Assembly (NCBI GenBank): GCA_951406725.2
Contig: OX597821.1
Location: 8,804,001-8,868,000 of the forward strand
Direction: 5' to 3'
Length of the DNA stretch: 64,000 nucleotides
From: Octopus vulgaris
Lineage: Eukaryota
The notes beneath the pieces are model-generated. The model was not told the DNA's origin. It saw only the letters and a list, made by a program, of their open reading frames with translations, and did not search any database. The position numbers and the translations under genes are program-made. Shown here in pieces: positions 28,539-40,677 of the stretch; positions within the stretch are counted from its first letter, which is position 1, and each line of letters begins with the position of its first letter.

Positions 28539-28545
<7 letters not shown>
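27985..28545 (-). mobile_element. Non-coding hammerhead-bearing element with a 40-bp inverted end
   Basis: 28093-28132 is inverted at 28504-28543; homologous to 51330-51710; flanked by (TA)n. Confidence 0.75.
28253..28328 (-). ncRNA. Type I hammerhead ribozyme
   Basis: rc: actcta-CTGATGA-atcg..ttatgtaa gtaaaa ttacataa..cgaa-GAAAC-aatt-GTA-tagagt. Confidence 0.8.
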
Positions 28546-28620
<75 letters not shown>

Positions 28621-28630
28621 TGTATGTATG

Positions 28631-28697
<67 letters not shown>

Positions 28698-28732
28698 AGA
28701 AAATTAAAAGGTAACATACGAGTTGATATGAT

Positions 28733-29283
28733 AAGGAAAATAAGACAAGGTAGAAAATGCTAAAATAATTTTATCGTGTAGTATCAGTCTTTTCGGGTTT
28801 TTGAACTAAGAGTAAAATATGAAAAGGAATTAAATTGAAGAAAAAATTAAATGAAATGTTTTGTACATATTTCCATAGTCTTCAAATAGGTAGGACATTT
28901 TCCTTTTTTTTCTCTCTCTCTCTTTTCCTTTGTGAAGTCTCGGTAGGTAGTAGCAGATTTGAAGAAATAGTTTTTATGGGTACATTTCTCTATATCCATA
29001 AAAAAACTATTTCTTCAGATCTGCTACTACCTATTGAGCCTTCACAAAGGAAATGAGAGAGAGAGAGAGAGATATATATATATAAAGAGAGACACAGTAA
29101 AACGGAAAATGTTGTACCTATTTATAGACTATAGAAATATTTATAAACCATTTCTTTTATTTTTTTCTTCAATTTAATCGTTTTTCTTATTTTACCGTTA
29201 GTTGAAGTCGAAAAGATTAGAACCGGTACTGAAGTGTACTTCATGATAAAATTATTTTAGCGTTTTCTTCCTTGTCTTCCTTA
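28733..29283. repeat. ~550-bp nested fold-back palindrome
   Basis: Near-perfect inner arms (28910-28980 / 28995-29070) and diverged outer arms (28733-28905 / 29100-29283). Confidence 0.85.
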
Positions 29284-29313
29284 CACACACACACACACAC
29301 ACGCTCACACATG

Positions 29314-29386
<73 letters not shown>

Positions 29387-29389
29387 ATA

Positions 29390-29449
<60 letters not shown>

Positions 29450-29584
29450 CATATCAAAGGGAAATGAATTTAATTAAAATTAAAAACGTTCTACACACTA
29501 GAAAGAACAGCTAAGTTCTGTAACCACAAAAATTGGGGATAAAATTCGACAGAAATAAATTTGGAAATGAAAAACATTTACCAT

Positions 29585-29674
29585 CTAGTCTCCTGGACCA
29601 ATTGGCTTCTAATCATCTTTTACGAGTCATGGAGAACTCACAAGGTCTGATTTTCTTCAGCAGGTCCAACCTAG
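29585..29674 (-). ncRNA. Type I hammerhead ribozyme, GAAA mutated to GAAG
   Basis: rc: ctaggttgga cctg-CTGAAGA-aaatca..tgatta-GAAGC-caattg-GTC-cagg agactag. Confidence 0.6.
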
Positions 29675-30033
29675 AGTTAAACCTATCCACACGAGACAAA
29701 CAAGGCTACTTGTAGATTCCCTATAAGTGGATTCTCTATGTGTTTAAATATACACTATATTGTATGACTAATATATAGTCTTTTTGACTAAATTTTTTAC
29801 ACGTTAGACCACTGGAAATGTAAATTTTGATTAAATACTTTTAATTTTAATTACAATCCATTTCCCTTTGATATGATTAAATAATGTAAGTTTTTGGATA
29901 ATTTTCGGTTAAAAGTTGGCGGGCTTTATTTGTAGCCAGCGAAGGACTGCGTCTGCGCAGTAAAATTTGAAAAGTTAGTTCGTATGAACACGAGACAAGT
30001 AGCCTTGTTTTTCTCGTGTGGATATGTTTAACT

Positions 30034-30124
30034 CTAGGTTGGACCTGCTGAAGAAACTCAAACCTTGTGAGTTCTCCATGACTCGTTAAAAGAAGATTAG
30101 AAACCAATTGGTCCAGGAAACTAG
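30034..30124 (+). ncRNA. Type I hammerhead ribozyme
   Basis: ctaggttgga cctg-CTGAAGA-aactc..gagtt..gatta-GAAAC-caattg-GTC-cagg aaactag. Confidence 0.75.
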
Positions 30125-30263
30125 ATGGTAAATGTTTTTCATTACCAAATTTATTCCTGTCGAATTTCATCCGCAATTTTTGTGGTTATAGAACTTAGCT
30201 GTTTTTCTAGCGTGTAGAATCTCTATAAGTGGATTCCTTGCGTGTTTAAATATACACTATATC

Positions 30264-30409
<146 letters not shown>

Positions 30410-30420
30410 GTTTATGTTTT

Positions 30421-30457
30421 CCAGTTTCAGCTCTTGAGCTGTGGCCATGCTGGGGAA

Positions 30458-30460
<3 letters not shown>
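30421..30460 (-). mobile_element. 40-bp 3' stub of the CR1/L2-type LINE in (TA)n
   Basis: rc matches 5910-5952 (ccccagcatggccacagctc..gagctgaaact). Confidence 0.7.
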
Positions 30461-30506
<46 letters not shown>

Positions 30507-32265
30507 CACTTTTATACATACACACGCGCACGCACGAAAACACATACTCACACAAAACGCTCACGTATATATAAAATTTTGCACAAAAAAAAGTAAGATT
30601 TGATACATTCACAATATTGAAAGAAAGGTTTTTCTTAAATGTTATTTATTTAAAAACATTTGAAAAACGGAATGGCAAACATTTTGGAATGATTCTTTCG
30701 TATTGTTTATTCGCCCTGTCAAAACTAGTTTTTAAATCCAACCCTTTTGGAGTAATATGTATAGAAGAATTTGGTTTGGGCGATGTGTTGACTACTTCCG
30801 ATTTAGTTTCGGATTCAGAATAATTTTGCTTTTGGTTGTTGATCGTATATTCTTTTATTTTCAGAAAAGGTAATTTTCCTAGAATTTTCCATTTGCGCAA
30901 ATCACTAGATGCACACTACATGAAACATTTTTAAGAAACAGATTTTTAATTTGCTGTTTCTGCACCCTCACAAGGTTTTAATTAATTCTGACCCCCTTCG
31001 ATTCATAGGCATGAGATGCAGCAGATGAAATTCTTTTGTTTTGGAATTCATGTTCCTATTCAACTGTAGTTTCTTCACATTCTTGAAGCTTTTGGTTGTT
31101 TCTTGTTCCATATGCACATCTCACAACAAAGGTTTCCACAATTTATTTTACCTGCATTATGTCTTTCTCCAATGAGAATTTCACAATTGTCAATGGTGTT
31201 TTGTGATTCCGTCTCTGTTTCGGCCGTTGAGGCTTTGTAATTTGTCAAAGACTCGATGATTGATGCAGCATTAGAAGTTTTATTTGGGCCGAATGTAAGA
31301 TATTGTTGTATCGAGAAGTATGGGTGATTACAAATGGAATATTTATACTTGTATTTTGTTATTAATATAATGTGAAAATGTATGTATCTAAGCATAGTGG
31401 AACAAGGTAGAGGAGGGAATTAAATAATGGAACCGTTTTACCAATTAAACTGAAATTGTGTTAATTCAGGAAAACTTTCCCGGACGCAATATCAACACCA
31501 CACAATAGATCACTAATATTAAGTCGTGTAATTCTAAATTCTATATTCGTAAAGTATTTAACATTAAACGGCATATAGAAAATACAGTCACGCATATGTT
31601 GATATATATATTAACACATATATACCGAAGTGACCCAAACTATCACAATATATCAAGACTCTGAGACAGGATAGTGTTTGGGTAGTGTATATAGGAAACT
31701 AGTGAAAATTGTCCTCCCATATCTATATTAGATAAGACGTAGCCACTTGTAAACGACATTGCAGTACGAAGTATGGCGGTGAATTAGCAAAGACATTAAA
31801 GGGTCGGACAATTTTTTTCTGACAATCTGCGTTCCAATCACTCCGATGTCAAATTTAGCATTTAATTCTTTTGGGTTCGTTATATGAAATGTTTATAATG
31901 TGATTGACTATTTCTTTCCCTGAATTCTACCGGTTAGTCAAAGGTCCATCATCCATATTACAAACTGTGTCAAACTTCGACTGAATAGTACATGAATGAT
32001 ACTCATGTATATGGAATACTCAGATCTGTACACTTTTGTGTATCAGCACATTTACATTTGTCCAAATATATAAGTGTCCTTTGTATAAACCGTAGAAGTA
32101 CTTTACTCATACTTTGTTTTACTGACACCAGAGGGATAAATGTGTTGGCCTCGACTGGTTTTGATGTCAGCACATAAAATAGAGGAACGTATACCAGAAG
32201 CTTTTTCTTTGATGCTACACTGACTCTGCTTGCTGTAACAATGTCAACAACGACAACAATAAAAA

Positions 32266-32452
32266 GAATCCTTTCTGCTATAGGTACAAGGCCAGAAGAT
32301 TTGAGGAAGGGTGACAATCGATTACATGGAACCCATTGATTGACTGGTATTGATTTTATCGAGGTCGAATAATGAGAAGCAAAATCAACCTCGGTAGAGT
32401 TTGATCTGAAAAAATTTTCCGGTGTGCTGACGATTTTGCTACCTCACCGACT
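32266..32452 (-). mobile_element. SINE family B, degenerate
   Basis: atcctttctgctataggtacaaggcc tail; ttttatcga core. Confidence 0.6.
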
Positions 32453-32456
32453 TGAT

Positions 32457-32512
<56 letters not shown>

Positions 32513-32659
32513 ACAACAACAACAACAACAACAACAATAATACTCACATAGGCGCGCCTTTGATAAATAGTGGATGCTTCATCAGTGCAACGGGGATAGC
32601 TGCAGAAACATAAATTTTTAGAAATTTATATCGTAAAGAAAAGATAAATATTTATAGTA

Positions 32660-33250
32660 TTATAGTTCATTGATTCATTCGGTTATCATTGTGACTTGTA
32701 GTACTTGACGCAACACAAGTTCATTCCACCTTCTCATATTGAAAGCAATCTTGACAGCTTGTTCCATTTTTAACCCTATGCTTTTAAAAACTTTTGGTAT
32801 TGTTTTCCGCCACGTTTCCTTCGGTCGTCCTCGTCTTCTTTTACCTTGTGGAATCCATTGCAAAGCGATTCTTTCTTCAATAGCTTCTCTTATTGGTGTA
32901 TAGTTGGCTAATCTAGATCATATTTGGCCAGTAGACCTTCAAAATATTTCCTAAACATTTATTTTGAAACACCTCCAATTTCTTTTCAATACTTATGGTG
33001 GTTTTCACAAATTTGGATCCATGGAGGAGGATACTAAGTATGTTACTTTTGTAAAATAGTATTTTGGTGCTCTTGCTGAGTATTGATAATTTTCATATTG
33101 AATTTAACACAGCGAATGATTGGTTAACTTTGCTGAATCTTGTATTTATTTCATGAATGCAGTTTCTATCCGTTGCTATTTTAGTGACTAGATAGACAAA
33201 ATCGTCGTTCAAAGTTACATGGTCAGCATCTGCTATATTTTACCATATAA
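32660..33250 (-). mobile_element. RTE-type LINE 3' fragment, degenerate
   Basis: LQWIPQGKRRRGRPKETWRKTI; C..NILKVYWPNMI. Confidence 0.7.
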
Positions 33251-34099
33251 TTCTTCTTCAAATCAAACCTTTTATACTTTTCTTCTTTAATACGTATTCT
33301 AACTTGAAATGACTTTTAGAGAGAAACACAAATTTTACAGTAAATTTATAGAAAATACAGTTAGGGATTTTAGCTTGTCTTGAATTCGAGAGACTGTCCG
33401 ATAACCTGCATTGGGATATTTTTCTGGTTCTCTAATATCAGTTGTCTTTGAAATGTGTGTTTAACTGTAGATGAGATTAATTTTGCTTTTCTTCATTTTT
33501 TGATCGAAAAAAGAAAACATAAGCCATGTGATGGTTTAGTAATCTATCTTTTAGCAACCGCCATATTGTGGATGCTATGCTAGGTCACTTTCAGGAGGGC
33601 TGACAGCGTGTTAGTATCTCTTTGGGACTATTGGAGCATTTAAACAATTAAGAAAAACGTAAAAACGTGCAACATGCTACCATGTCATTCTCCGAGTGTT
33701 GGGTGCACACGGTATTTTTCTGATTTCCTGTCGATACCAGTCATGGAGTGTATAGGCACAGCTTATAGATTTAATGTATAAGGAACCTACTGTCCAGATA
33801 GTATTCTTTGAATATTTAGTTATTTCCTAAAGTCTTATAAACTTGACACTATACAAGAAATCGTTAGTTCTGTGAAGATTTACTCTCCAACACGAAAACA
33901 ACTAAGACATCAATAGCAATCTTAGAGTATTACTATTTTTTCAATTATTTTCAAAGAAATAATTGTTGACTTACTTATTGAATTAGATAATGCATTATAA
34001 ACAGCGTTCACGTCATTTTGGTTTACAATGGTCCTTAAAATATAGAATAGAATAGAAATAATTATTTGAAGGCGAAAAAACGAATTTACGGAAATAATA

Positions 34100-35165
34100 T
34101 TAAGAAAAATAAAATTTAGTACATGCTAAGGAGTAAGCAAATATGTTTAGGTAAATCCAAGCTGCATGATTTGAAAAGAGGTTTTTTCAGGGACGGAGGC
34201 AGCAAGAAATATTCACTGTGTTTATGGAACTGAATCTTTAAATGTCCAAGCATAGCAACGATGTTGTAGCCAGTTTCGTGGTGAAAATTTTCTGTTGCAG
34301 ATTTCTTTCAATTTGGCCGAACAGGTGTACTCCATGGTGAACTTCTGAAGAGTGTACTTGAGTAACTTCCAAAGCAAACTGAAAGAGGATTACCAAACAC
34401 TTCAATTAAAATCCTGCGCATATCGTAAAACACTTCTATGAACGTGGAAACATGTATAAACTTCGTCGCCCTGGCCCTCATTATTGAACATCTCCTCAGC
34501 TTAATGAGAGTGTTGTACTCAGCGTATCATTGAAGAGTGGATTTACTTCCAGGTATTTCATGTGCAGAATCATCACAGGTGATGAATAGTGGGTTTTCTT
34601 CAATCATACCCAATGAAAACAATAATGGTTAGTATGCAATGAAAAGAAGAATCTATCACCAAACGAGGAAGGCACGCCTCAAAACGTTATGCTCTGTGTT
34701 TGGTGGTATATGAGGGGTGTCGTCTATCATGAAATGTTAAGTCATAATGAATCAGTTAATCCGGAGAAATATTGTTGTCAATTGCAAGACGGACACAAAA
34801 ATTTTCAGAACTAATACCTGTTATTGGTCACTAGTAAAAAGGTGTTCTCTTACACGATAATGTACGACCGCATACTACGCAAGTCACTCAGAAAGAGGGA
34901 CTAAATGTTATATCTCATCCAACTTGCTGTCCTTATATTGCTTCATCGTACCACTTCGTTTTTAGATAGTTGCAGCATTATTGAGACGGGAAAATGTTTA
35001 TTAATTCTGAAGATGTTTAAAACAATATTCAGTGTTTCTTTGTTTCGAATCCTGAGAAAATATAGATCTGAATGATCAACAAGTTGCCAAGTAGATGGAA
35101 GTATGTTATCAATGAGTGGAGACGTTACTCTGATTAAATACTTCATTGAAGACAAAATAAATATT
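34100..35165 (+). mobile_element. Highly degenerate mariner
   Basis: ITGDE*WVFFNH, VMLCVWWYMRGV, LHDNVRPHT, HPTCCPYIASS. Confidence 0.75.
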
Positions 35166-35320
35166 CGTTTCTTTCCATACATACATACGTATATACATAT
35201 ATACATACATACATACATACACATATTCACACGCATGTATGCACGCGCGCACGCACACACATTTTTATAGAGATCACATAGACCGTGGTAATTATTTCAT
35301 TAGCATCCAGCATACAATGG

Positions 35321-35378
35321 CAATGGCTAGTATGGCTAGTATGGCTAGTATGGCTAGTATGGCTAGTATGACTAGTAT
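35321..35378. repeat. (ATGGCTAGT)n 9-bp tandem repeat
   Basis: About six copies. Confidence 0.9.
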
Positions 35379-35859
35379 AGAACACTGAAAGAAATATGAG
35401 TAGATCAATACATTTATAAATCAGTATGAAATTCACTTCATCCCGTTACAAGATATGGAATAATTTTGACAAGATGATAAGCATCTCCACTTCCAGTAGC
35501 AACATACTCTACATAGCATGCATAAATATACATATAAAATAACTACAACAGACAATCATAGTACAGTGCGAGAAGTGTTTAATAATTTAGATATCCATTG
35601 ACTATATTTGCCTCACATGCTAAACCTAATATTACGTTTCGAAAGTAATCCCAGACAATTTTGTTACTTGGTTGTCGTGTGCTTAACGTACAGGAAGTTA
35701 TCGTTATATAACACTGTGCAACGCAATTTTATTTTCATGTATCAAAGTTATTTCTTATTTTCTTACAAAACAGAAAGTATGAATAATGCCTAATAATTCC
35801 TTTTGTTATATCTATTTAAATCATAAAGAATCCTTCTCAGTACATGACTATGGCACTCC

Positions 35860-36800
35860 CCTCACCTATTGTAATCAACCAATCTATTGCTTCTCGTATA
35901 TTTGACCATAGTTTCAATTTAATTTTATCCGGAAGTTCTACAATATATTTGTCCATAAAACATTTACTGAGTTTACCTATGTCCGATTTAGCAGGGCAGA
36001 TTAATATAACTTTAAGGTCTGTTACAAAATTATCCTCGTATTCAAAGAAATTCAAAATAAAAAATAAAAAATAGATACAAATTCTTACAGGTAGCTATTA
36101 ATGACTATTACTCATCAATTAGTTCAACAGTGGTAAATATTGCCCTTATATTTGCTAAAATAATACTGAATTGTCAAGGAAAATATTTCAAGTCATAATA
36201 ACAGCTAGAAAATCAATAATTAATTTTGATAATAAACTAAGGGCCAAAACAGACACACCCGACTGCTTCGATAAATGTATGGGAGTATCTGATTCCGCCC
36301 ATGCTACAGATTTCGTTGGTATATACATTCTACATAAATTCAATAGCGAATCACCGGAAATAAAGGGTGGTTTATACAGGGATAATGGACTGTTTATCAT
36401 CAAAAATACTTTAAATAGAAAGCTAGAATTATAAAAAAAATCCCACTAGTTCCTTAACCGTTTTGGACGAAATATTTCAATGGAATCAGACCATAACTCA
36501 GTTATTTTTTTAGACTTGAAATCTAACCTTAATACTGGAAAATATGCGCTATACCATAAGCATTACTCCAAAATCACTAACATTAATTTAAAAGTAGTCA
36601 TTCAAAGCGTATTACTAATTGTTTAGTTAATGACATAGAAAAAATGAATTACCTCTCATTTAACGAGGATATGTTTAACTTAAACAAGGAATTAAGCAAT
36701 GTCGGATTGGCAAAAGCAGGGTATAAACAGAAAATTAAATATATTAAGCATGGTTCACAATCGATTAATAACAAACCTAAATATGTACAAGAAGGTAAAT
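35860..36800 (+). mobile_element. Degenerate PLE RT fragment (GLYRDD type) with inverted 5' segment
   Basis: Plus strand: FLQVAINDYYSSIS, ARKSI, FDKCMG.SD.A...D.VGIYIL, GLYRDNGL, FLDL; minus strand 35860-36055: LICPAKSDIGKLSK..WSNIREAIDWL. Confidence 0.75.
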
Positions 36801-37157
36801 ATAACAAAAAAAAAACGAAAAAAAAACTTTAGAGTAAAGCTGTGATTAATACAGAAAATATAAATACGGATAAAACAGGTAATGCATGATAAGTATATAC
36901 TGAATAAAAAGAACCAACATACAAATAGGAAACGACAAAGTTAGTAGAAATGACAGAGATAGACCTTAAGAGTAACGCATATCTTGATATTGATGATAAC
37001 AATATAAACATACATAATTCATATATGTTAAATTATATTTAAATAATACTCGGTTAAACTACTAAACAGTTCTAGTCCACCTTATCAAAAAATCGATCAT
37101 TAATATACACAGCGTGCCACATTATTAGGCAAATCAACCTTCTCTCAATAAATAAAT

Positions 37158-38629
37158 GTATATTCCTTCAAAACCAGTTGTCTTCCCACTGAATGTTGGC
37201 AACTCCTATCTGCATAAATTCCGTGAAAAGAAATTGGATCTGCACAGATGGAAACAAACGGCAGCCATTATCGTGTAGCAGCAACATTTCTGGTGTCCCC
37301 AATTATTAAGCAGGTGCCGAATTAAGTGTCATTATAGATCAGAAAAGGGATCTTATCTAGCATGAGAAGTCTACCATCGTGTCAGAGCTTGGAAAATGAA
37401 AAACAACTATAGAAATATCAAAATGCTGGCAAGAGATCACCGAAGCGTGACGAAATTTATATTTCCTATTTCTGTCTGGTCGAGGGCAAATACGAATGAG
37501 TCGAAGGGTGTTTCGAATCGTACTTTCTCAAGTGTGAAAAGAGAAGTTATGTGGAAACCGTGTCTGACAAGTAGAGAAGTCTTCAAACGTTGTGGTAGGG
37601 AAGACGTATCGAAAACTGCTAGGTATTGCCTCTTGAAGCGGGTAGCCAGGAATGTTAAACATGTTACAAACACCCACCCTTGAAGGCTGTTCATAAGCAG
37701 AAGAGAGTGAAATGGACAGAAGAGTACAAGAAAATAGATTTATCAACAGTTATGTTCACTGACGAATGCTATGCTACCCTTGACAGATCAGATGGTTGAA
37801 GTAAAGTTTGGGTATCAATCAGCGGTAACCGTCCTCATCGTTTGAGACACCAACAGGGATAAGGTGAGGTGATGTTTTGGGCAGGCGTCATTGGTGGTAT
37901 GATGGTCAGGCCATGGAAAGTCCAAGATAGCATTAAGATGACATCAAACAACATATGTTACCTTCTTAAAGGAAAATCTCAAACCGTGGTTCAAATAGCA
38001 AAAACTTTGATTCAAGAGAGAGCTGGTCGTCATGCAGGATAATGCCCCGTCTCATGCTGTGAAGAATTCCAAGGAATACCTGCAGCAAATAGGCTTCTCT
38101 GGAGGTCGTTTGATGGAGTGGCCACATTTTCCCCCTAACCTAAAACCGATTGGGAAACAGTGGAGTGTCCTGAAGAGCCGCATTTATCAAGGTGGACGGC
38201 ATATTTCAAGTAAAGTTTCCCTCTGGGGTGCTATTGTAGATGCTGCTCATAACATGACATAAGAGGATATCATCACCTTCACAAATTCAATGAGTCAGCG
38301 TGTAAGGAAGGTTATTGCATATGGAGAACCATACATTAAACACTAGGAGTTGCATGACATTATAAGTCCAAAATTATTTTCATTCGAACGTATTATTATG
38401 CTTACCATTAAGTTCTTTATGAATAATTGTTTTGTTAAACCTTTACTGACACAATTACCATTTTTATTATACTTGCCTAATAATTTGTATCGGTGAAAAT
38501 GTTGCCCAATCTCAAAAATGGCCGCCAATTGTTGGCGTCTGCACAGATCCGATTTATTTTAACAGAATGCCCGCAGATAGGTGGTGCCAGCAGTCAGTGG
38601 GAAAACAACTTGTATATACTCGAATATAC
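37158..38629 (+). mobile_element. Tc1-like transposon, DD37E (TRT-like), degenerate, long imperfect TIRs
   Basis: TIRs ~100 bp (cagttgtcttcccactga..ctatctgc / gcagatag..tcagtgggaaaacaactt); FTDECYATLD..DG, MQDNAPSH, 37 residues to the (mutated) E position in PPNLKPIG. Confidence 0.8.
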
Positions 38630-39546
38630 ATTTATTTATTGAGAGAAGGTTGGTTTGGCTAATAATGTGGTATGCACTTTAAATACTGCGTTTTCTCACA
38701 TAACGTTATACGCTATTCCTACATATAATGAAGAGATCCCCAGTTTAGTTAATAATTATCAATTAAAAAACATATTATGCTACATTATATCAAATATTCA
38801 ACATATGCTCCCTATATTCTACTACATTTTATTTCACTATATTATATTTTATTCTTTTTCTCTTTCCTCCCTCATTCAACTTTTCGTTTTATTTGACCTC
38901 TTAAATGATCAATGCTAGATATTAAACTTCCTATAACGCCTTTCTGAAAATAAATAAATGAATATAAATTTAGTGAGTATATGTGTTTGAGAGTGAGCGT
39001 ATATATACGCATGTGTGTATATGCATACATACGTATGCGTATATATATATATCAATATACACATGGATGTGTAAATACATAGATATGTATACGTATATGG
39101 CATTTAATATATTGACGACTATGAGTTTACAAGGAAGGCTTTCGAGATACACATCTTAACGGTCGGATACTTTAATCTTTTGTCTATACTTGATTTTAAA
39201 TATGACAAGGCCATAGATTTTCCGACCTGTATCTATTACCAAACCAATGAAAATATTTCATTTATAACGTTCGACTAGTTTTAACTATCTGGCTTATCCT
39301 TGATTATTTCCCTTGCATACTGTTTTCTTTTTATTTAAATTTATATATTATAAATTTTACATAAATTTATATTTTTAGTTACTCTTTAACTTTTATCTTC
39401 TAACTTTACTTTTTATTATTATGTTATCTTATTTTATATTTAGTTACAGCAATAATTTATAGCTAAATATATACACACAATAGATATGATCTAACTTCTT
39501 AAACTTATTAGTAATTCGTCTGAATCCCTTCAAGAAATATGATACC

Positions 39547-39778
39547 TATTTTTTTATTACACACAAGGGGCTAAACACAGAGAGGACAAACAAAGACAGC
39601 CAAACGGATTAAGTCGACTATATTGACCCAAGTGCGTAACTGGTACTTATTTAATCGACCCCGAAAGGATGAAAGGCAAAGTGAAACTTGACGGAATTTG
39701 AACTCAGAACGTAGCAGCAGACGAAATACCGCTAAGCATTTCGCCCGGCATGCTAACGATTCTGCCAGCTCGCCGCCT
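39547..39778 (-). mobile_element. SINE family B, tail type 2, with 14-bp TSD
   Basis: TSD agaaatatgatacc at 39533-39546 and 39779-39792. Confidence 0.9.
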
Positions 39779-40272
39779 AGAAATATGATACCCTTTGTCG
39801 CATAAGCTCATAAAGCCCTAATGACAATTCTTAATATTTGACCCTACGTGAATGCTTCCAATCACAAATTACCTAGGGGTATGAATCGAAACATATATGT
39901 AGATTTGGCATCTGAAATTACTTTTTAATTTATAATAAATTTGTATTTTTTTATAAAAACAATTTCATCTTCATAATATCATACAAGTAATTAATTATAC
40001 ATCCATAATTCTCCATTATTTTGTTTCCTTATTAACAATATGTATTACTATAATAATCCCTAACATATTGTCGAGACTATCTCTTTGTGTTAGTGATTAA
40101 CCACTGAAATGTTTCGATTTAATCCCTAATGGGAACCTGTCATCCTCGAATTGACTATATATATGTATATATATACATATATACACACGCACACACACAT
40201 GCATATATATGTACATATATATTTCTGTATTTGTGTTGCAAGATTCATATATACATATACATATGCATATAT

Positions 40273-40362
<90 letters not shown>

Positions 40363-40469
40363 TAACAATTGAGGATAAAATCTTTAAAAGAAATTATCAG
40401 TAGTTAGCATGAAAAACCTCGTAAGAGAAAAAATCCGTAAATTTTTCCACTTTGAAGATATTTATTTAT

Positions 40470-40629
40470 TTTATATTGAGGCTACTACTATTCGTAGAGA
40501 CCATACGCTAAGAGGGACCAATGCGATCAAAACTACTAAAATAAACACAATTTTACCGAATGCAAAACTTCAAAGCAAATCATTTAAAAAAAGAATTTAG
40601 TATGGTCTCTACGAATAGTAGTACCCTCA

Positions 40630-40636
<7 letters not shown>
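40470..40636. repeat. Fold-back, ~36-bp arms, abutting (TA)n
   Basis: tatattgaggctactactattcgtagagaccatac / gtatggtctctacgaatagtagtaccctcaatata. Confidence 0.85.

Positions 40637-40677
<41 letters not shown>

Noticed and set aside
30646-31395. Cys-containing minus-strand ORFs (possible zinc finger or piggyBac C-terminus)
   Set aside because: Broken by stops, Cys spacing not diagnostic, no TIR or TTAA found
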